A stretch of DNA of 58,998 bases, counting the filler, from Basidioascus undulatus (taxonomy: Eukaryota): NCBI GenBank assembly GCA_000826855.1. It is 9 parts of 9 records of this genome, joined end to end, with 100 filler letters (N's around TTAATTAATTAA, not from the genome) between each part and the next. Parts side by side here need not be neighbours in the genome. Positions count along the whole stretch, not along the records: positions 52,547 to 58,998 come from JTLS01001739.1; 8 more parts are not named here. The stretch is one strand, 5' to 3'. Below the pieces are notes generated by a model. It made no database searches and was not told the DNA's origin. It was given only the letters and a program-made list of their open reading frames with translations. A program made the position numbers and the translations under genes. Of this stretch, positions 52,547 through 58,998 are shown one piece after another (the first letter of the stretch is position 1; each line of letters opens with the position of its first letter).

Positions 52547-53878
52547 CCTCCTCCCCCCCCCCCCCCCTTCTCGCGCTTCCACTCGACGAACTCGTCTATG
52601 AGCGAGGGCCCTGCCGCACCGCAACCCGTATGTCAGCCAGCCGCTTCGCAGCGAAAAAGGATGGTGCGGAGGGAGAGGGAGGAAGGCGAGCACGCACACG
52701 CCGCGGACTCGTCATAGCCGCCGAGGTCGGGCTGGACCGTGTCCAGGAACACGCCGACCATGTTCCACGAGTCCTTGGTGAGTCTTGCGCATCGTGTCGG
52801 TCAAGCATGTCAGCTTGGGTTTCCGTGCGCCTTGGGAGATGATCGCGGAGGAACAAACGCACCCCTTCAGCTTCTCCTTGCTCTCGAGGAACTCAACGAG
52901 CTCCGACCCAAGCGCGCCGTACCGCGGCGGGAGCGTGAGTGCCCAGAGCGGCTTGACCATGTCGATGTCGAGGCTCTTCTGCTCGCCGCGCGCCCACTGA
53001 TATGCCCGCCTGTCAGAGCGGTCAATTGATTGGCTTGAGGGTTAGCCCAGAAACAAGTACGCACGTTGAACAGCCACGCATAGAAGTCCTTCCACTTCTC
53101 GCCCCCTCCGAGCGCCTTGGTGTCCTTGACCACCTGCTTCGCGAGCGCATCGAGCGACGCGATCTTGTGCACAGCGAGAAAGTTGAGGAAGCCCTCCGAG
53201 CGTATCTCGCCTGAACGGAGTGCGGAAGATATCAGTCAGTTGAGGTGAAAGCGTGCGGGAAAGGTCGAAGACGCACCCATCTGCTTGCTGCCCGTCGACC
53301 AGCCCAGCACGATCGGCTCGAGCCCCTCCATCGAGATCTTGGCGTCGGTACAGAGGCGCTCGAGTCCCTCCGCAGCGATCAGGTCCACGTCGTCCTCGTC
53401 CGCGTACTTCTTGAAAATGGTCTGCGGAAGTAGCTTTACGCATTAGCGTTCACAGCGAGACCGGCCTGCAACAGATAACGCACCTGCGCGGCGCTTGCGT
53501 GGTACTTCTGCTTCTTGGGGCTGACCACCTTGACCTCCTCATCGTCCTCCTCCACCGCCGGCGCCGGCGCTGCCTTCTTCCTGCTGGTGCTGCCCTTCGC
53601 GGTCGCCTTCTTGGCGGGCGCGGCCGCCTTGGTCGTCCTCGTCGAGGCCTTGCGCATCTTCGCCGCCGGCGGCGCGGGCGCGGGGTCGTCGTCTGAGGAC
53701 AGCTGGATGGTCTTGGCCGTTTTCTTGGAGGACGAAGCGGCGGTCGAGCTGCGGGTCGTACGCGTCGACTTCTTAGGCTCCCCCGTCGCGGCGGTGGCGG
53801 CCTTACGCTATGTAATCAAAGCGCGAGCTCAGATAAGGTTGCGTGCGGGTTTGGCTGGATGCGCACCTTGGGAGGCAT
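52547..53878 (-). CDS. DCN1-like (PONY/cullin-binding domain) neddylation E3, stop just beyond contig end
   Basis: Basic disordered N-terminus, then IFKKYADEDDVDLIAAEGLERLCTDAKISMEG, DFYAWLFN, QKSLDIDMVKPLWAL, TKDSWNMV…DLGGYDESA|…SLIDEFVEW. Confidence 0.88.
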
Positions 53879-54172
53879 GACAGAGAAGAGCCGCTTGAAC
53901 GAAGTGAGGAGGCCTATGGCTGGCGACAGGACGGCAGAGAGTCGGGTGAGTTGGGCTGCTCCCGGCGACGATCTTTCAGTCATGCTCCCATCTCTGTCCG
54001 AGCTTCAAGCTTACTTTGAGTGGTTTGTAGGCGACCAGTCAGTAGCGAGGCGGATGATGCTCGGTGGGCAAGCGGCGGCGAGAGGCCGGTCCAGCGAGAA
54101 GGAAGACACTTGCGGGCGTTTCTAGGCGACCCTAATAATGAATCCAATACAAAGCAAGTAGATGTATAGTAG

Positions 54173-54260
54173 ACGCGTGGTCGACGCGACTTTGGCGAAG
54201 TCGCGCCCTGGGCTCATTTCGCAACCTGCCCGCCGCCACCATCCATCCCCCTTCACGCGT
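54173..54260. promoter_or_regulatory. MCB-like (ACGCGT) cluster in the divergent DCN1-like/RAD18 promoter
   Basis: ACGCGT at 54173-54178 and 54255-54260, and ACGCGA at 54184-54189, just upstream of the RAD18 ATG. Confidence 0.4.
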
Positions 54261-54273
54261 TTATTTGGCAGCA

Positions 54274-56450
54274 ATGGACCCAGCGCTGGCCAAGCTACTC
54301 GAGGACGACGACGTATCGGACCCATCAGGTACGTCTGAGGAGCTCAGCAACAACGAGCGAACTGGCTGACATTTGGGGCGAGCAGACTGGCCGGAGGGAC
54401 CGCTGCAGGGTGGGATCGCAAAGCTCGACTCGCTGCTGAGATGCGATCTGTGCAAGGATGTGCTGGAGGCGCCGGTGCTATTGGCTTGTGGACATGGAGG
54501 GTGCAGCAAGGTGAGGCCATTCTGTCTCCAGCGAGGTTCTTGGCGGATGGGCAGGCGGACTGTGTTCCTCGGGCGAAGCGGGAGGATGGCTCCTGGCCTC
54601 GAGCGCAGTTTGGGAGGCGATACGCGTCTTTGAGCTTCCGGCTTCTGGAGACGCCTGTATCGGTGCTTCGTCCATAAATACCTTTGAAGCTTGCTTCATT
54701 CGGCTGCACGCGATGGGCTGCGTCGCACCGGGCAACACGGCATCACCGCGCCCGACCGACCTCCTCCTGACGCCTCTTCGCTTCGCAGTGCATACGCTCG
54801 TCCTTCTCCGGCTCCACCGCCAAATGCCCGACCTGCTCAGCCCAGACATCCGATAACCAGATCCGCAAGAATACCATGCTGGAGGAGGTCTGTTTCGCGT
54901 GGGGTGCTCTTCGGTAGGCCCAGTCATTTTCGACCCTGCGCAACGTCCGCGCATAGTGAACCCACCTCCTGCAGTCCCGGACTCCTGCAGCACATGCGGG
55001 ACTACTCCGCGCCCTCCTCGAAGTCTGCCAAGCGCCGGCGCTCGCCGCCTCCCCCGTCCGCGCCGGCCCCAGCTACGGCAGAGCACCGCGTGACTCGCTC
55101 GCGGAGCAACGGGACGCGTTCGGCGCCGAGCGAGACGGTCGTGATTCCCTCGACATCGGAGGCGGAGGAAGAGGACGAGGACGCGTACTCGCCGTCGCCC
55201 AAGCAGAAGCGGAGGAGGGAGGAGTCGCCGCCGGCACCTGCTGCGCGTGGTGCGTTTCGTTTCGCCTATTGTCAGCAGGAATCAAGCTACCGAGGTTGAC
55301 GTGCTGCGAATCGGATCCAGATGGAATCGTCACTTGTCCCATGTGCCAGACGACGGGTCCAGAGGCGGACATCAACGGTACGTCTGCCGTCCCCGGGGGA
55401 GGCGTGTTACGCTGACGATGACACCCTTCCCCTCTCAGAGCACCTCGACAACGACTGCTGCTGGCCCAAGCCGAAGAGGTCAATATCGGACAAGCTCATC
55501 AAGAAGGGTAACGGGCTGGCCGGTGGTGCGGTCGCGGGAAGCAGCAAGAGGTGCGTCTTTCGCCCTGTTGAGCTGTCAGCCTTTCCACAACAGGGGACTG
55601 AAGTTTTCTTTCGCTGCACGTCCTTTCCAGCGCGACGCCCGCCCGGAAGCCGAGCAAGTCGTTCTTCTCTGCGTCGTCCGACAAGTCGACGCGCTCGCCT
55701 GCGGCTCCCGCGTCCCGGATACCCAAGACGAACTACAACGTGCTGAAGGACAAGGCGCTGCTGAAGCTGCTCGAGGTGCGCCTTCCGTCCAACTCCGCAA
55801 TATCCCCTCGCCTCCTTTCCCCTCGCTCTGCTTCTCACACTACGCTCGAGCAGGACGCGGGCATCCCCACGAGCGGCGACCGGACGACGCAGATCGAGCG
55901 GCACAAGCGCTGGACGCTCATCTGGAACGCGAACACGGACAGCGCGCGGCCGAAGACGCGCGCGGAACTCAAGCGCGAGCTGGTGGAGTGGGACCGCGCA
56001 AGGGAGAACGATAGGAAGGGCCGGAAGGGTAGCAAGGCGAGCGAGGTACGTCGCATTCTCTGCGCTGTTGGGCGGGGAGGCGATGCTGATGCGCGGGATG
56101 GACAGGACGACTGGCGCAGACTGATTGCGCAGGCGAAGCCGAAGGACAAGGGCAAGGGCATGGCGAGGTCGAAGGCGATCAACGCCACGCCAGTCAGCGC
56201 CATCTCCGTCGACAGCGACGTCTCGGACCACGAAGCGGGCGGCAGTACGAGTCCGGTATCGGCTCCTGCCTCTGCCCCGGCGGCGCAGGACCAGGAGCCC
56301 GAGCGCTCGCGGTTCTTTGGGAACGACGATGATGGCGAGGCGGGGGAGAAGGAGGGCAAGCAGAATGGGGCGCAGGGAGAGGAGGCCGCGGTCGTTGCGC
56401 CGACACAGCCCGGCGCGTTTGGGGAGCCGAGCTTGTTGATGGAGGAATAG
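54274..56450 (+). CDS. RAD18: Postreplication repair E3 ubiquitin ligase Rad18 (RING, UBZ4, SAP)
   Basis: DVSDPS|DW…LDSLLRCDLC…CGHGGCSK|CIR…KCPTC (RING), VTCPMC…IN|EHLDNDC (UBZ4), YNVLKDKALLKLL|…GIPTSGDR…RHKRWTLIWNANTDS (SAP region). Confidence 0.92.
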
Positions 56451-58223
56451 TCGGTGGTGTTCGAGCGGGATTGCAGAGCGCATTTTGACTCTGGTTTTTC
56501 TTGCGTGTTGCTTGGGGCTGGTGAAGAAGCTACGACGCTCGCCACAATGCGGCTATTGATCACCTACCGCTAGGTCTGCAGTTCCGCGGCCTCTTACGAA
56601 CTTGAAGCATTGTGGCACGACTGTGATGAGCCAGCCTGGAAAGCGAGCGTGCGTGGTGGCCGCAAGATCTTGTCAGATGTTGCTTTGCAGTAGTCATACC
56701 CTTCACTTGGTGAAGTAGGTCGAATTCTTTCTTATAGAAGATCAGCTTACGCACCCACCCAACGTAGTTTATTGAGCAATGACCGACAAGCAGGCAGTGG
56801 ATGCTCGCAGGCCCACGGCGGGCGGGAGCTTCGTGGACACACATGTCCAGTCAAGGCACAGTTCGGGATGTGAATTATGAATGAAACATGAGAGGGCCGG
56901 GCCAGGACTTCCGAAATTATTGGCCGCAAAACGGTGGAGGTAGGTGCTGCATCACCATCGAGGCGCAGCTTTCCAAGCTTTTCTTTCTTTGCGCTCAACC
57001 GCGACCAGCTTTGACTTGCTGGCTTTGCACCTCCTCATCGCTCGCACTCACAATCCCATACCTTCAGTGCCAAATTGAGGGCTCCTCGTTCTTATACCCG
57101 CTCGCAATGGCCTCCTCGCTATCATGTGGCCCGCTCAGCAACAAACTGTATCGACCGCCGCCTGAGACTCTCCCTCCTCCTCTGGTTGAGCCTCGCTTCC
57201 CTTCGTAATACCCACCAGTACTTCCCCTGGATGCCGACCCCTCGCACCCTTCCGGTGATGAGGGACTCACCAAAGAGCAGTGGATCGAGATCTGCGAACG
57301 CGACGAGTTTATCGGAGACGGAATGGCTCAGCTGGTTCGTGACGTTTCACTTCTTCCATCTTTCGGACTGCCGTGTGACGATGAGGTGGGGCTGTATGAT
57401 TTTGGCAGGGAAAATAAAATAAAAGAACAGGTCCTGGCCGGATTGTACAGTGGTCGTTCTGTTATTCCGTGTCAGAGCACGCGTTTGTCTGCCGGGAACG
57501 CAGTCAAGTGCTGCCTCGACGCTTCACATGATTTTCAAACCGGTGTGTTTTCATAAAGCGTGAGCTTGGTTGAGGTGCCAGGGAAGACTTAGGGGGCTCA
57601 GGGAAGGGTGTTCATCGCATGGAATGTTGAAACCGCGTACCAAAGAATGGGCTGCCAGCTGTGTACCGCTAAGCACTGAATCCCTGGAAGTGTCATAACC
57701 TAATAGGGTCGCTTGTACGTTTAACCTTGTTCATGTGGGCGTGAATGAGAGTCTAATTACAGCCGCTCGACAGCCGGCCGCACTATCGCAGTTGCGCAGT
57801 TTCAAACTGTACCGCCGGACAACCTGAGCGACCACGGTGGCCAAGAACTATCTATAGAGTCAGTTCATAGCATATATAATCCACTGAACCGTAAATATCG
57901 CCAAGAAAATGCGCAAGGAGGCCAAATCTCGCGGTAACCTGGTGGGAGGCGCTGCACCCACCCAAGGCTGCAACGCGACGTCCGGGGAAGGCACCAGCGC
58001 CATCATAGCCAGATTCTTTTACTTTTAAGCCTTGAATTTTTCCTCTTTACTAGATTGATTACTCGAAAACATTGACATCATGAATGCCATGCAGCACAGC
58101 TTTGGCGCCTGGAGCTCCGCCTCGCTCAACCACCATTACCTCCCTCCGCCTCTTCAAAAATTCTGTAGGAAGTATGGAATATTCAGACAGTCCCGCAGCT
58201 CTCGGGTTGCCAATCGTAGGGAT

Positions 58224-58998
58224 TCACGCACAAGCCTTTCCACTCGGCCCGTGAGTCTCTCGCTGCTCAAAGATACAGTTGCCCTGCACGATCTCCTGGA
58301 ACGCGAGGAGGATGTAGCTGTCCCCCCATAACCACTTCAACAAGTCTCCTTACAACCAAGGAAGAAGCAGAAAATCGAGCGCGTCGACCCCCGGCGTTGC
58401 CGAACGGCGCCGGCGCGAGGATACTCTCTAGGTGGAAATGCTTCCCCAACGCTGGCGACTCGACCCCCAGCTGCGCGACGACCTTCCAGAGCGGACGGCG
58501 CTGGGTCTGCTCAGTCTTGAGCGCGGAGTAGAGCTGCGCGGTGTCGATCACGTAGACGCGCGATGGCAGCGCCACAGGCGCGACGGCAGCACGCTGCTGC
58601 TGCTGCTCGCTCGGCTTGATGTCGGGCGGGGGGAAGAGGGGCTCGTCGATGTGCTCGGGCTTGACAAACGGGTGGGAGGGAGAAAGGAGCGACGGACGAT
58701 CGACATCCATCTGGTCCAGCCGGGGCTTGACGTCGACGTCGACGTCCAGTATGAAACCGTCGTGATTAGCCTCGGGCACAGCTTAAGCATGTAAGGTCAT
58801 GCACGGCAAGATGAGCCGGAGTGTGAAACGTGGCGATACCTACGTGCGCGGAGCATAAGGACCATGGGGGCTTGGAATGGCACAAAACGGCAAACGGTCT
58901 CGAGCTGCAAAGAAGTGTAGTACAAAGCAGCGCTTCTGCGCCGCCGACGGAGAGCTCGCCCATTTTGGTTCTCTCCGCCATGCGCTCGAAACACAATA
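58224..58998 (-). pseudogene. Gfd2/YDR514C-like RNase H-fold (DEDD-type) protein, 5'-truncated and apparently disrupted
   Basis: VYVIDTAQLYSAL…LWKVVAQLGV…FGNAG(V)DA…YILLAFQEI resembles the Gfd2-like C-terminal 'NAGNDA' motif. An extra G in the run at ~58388-58392 breaks the motif and no clear GT donor follows. Confidence 0.45.

Overview
This window is eukaryotic, intron-rich fungal DNA with GC-rich exons. Gene content and intron style suggest a basidiomycete, probably Pucciniomycotina-like; that placement is an inference. It is not a continuous locus: nine contigs of about 6.45-6.48 kb are concatenated in descending size order, joined by artificial 100-nt N44-TTAATTAATTAA-N44 spacers, and the first 13 nt are an Illumina adapter remnant. 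Clearly recognisable genes are SPO71-like, RXT3, RGP1 (partial), VAM7, a divergent GSK-3-like kinase, HEM2, BRX1, a DCN1-like gene and RAD18. Less certain calls are SAC3-like, IMA1-like and taspase/asparaginase-like fragments. Two candidates stand out. The first is a single stop-free reading frame joining the mitochondrial release-factor methyltransferase (MTQ1/HemK) to the mitochondrial rRNA methyltransferase (MRM2/FtsJ) through a linker resembling an internal targeting sequence with an MPP-type RRNY/ST site, i.e. a putative tandem polyprotein. The second is a 5'-truncated repeat protein whose modules are each preceded by RR and share an 'EGINIENDV' head, with introns duplicated along with the repeats; it is a candidate Kex2-processed peptide precursor. 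Many accessory genes (F-box, BTB, MYND, OPT, Gfd2-like) appear frameshifted or nonsense-disrupted. All family assignments come from motif recognition by eye; no searches were run.
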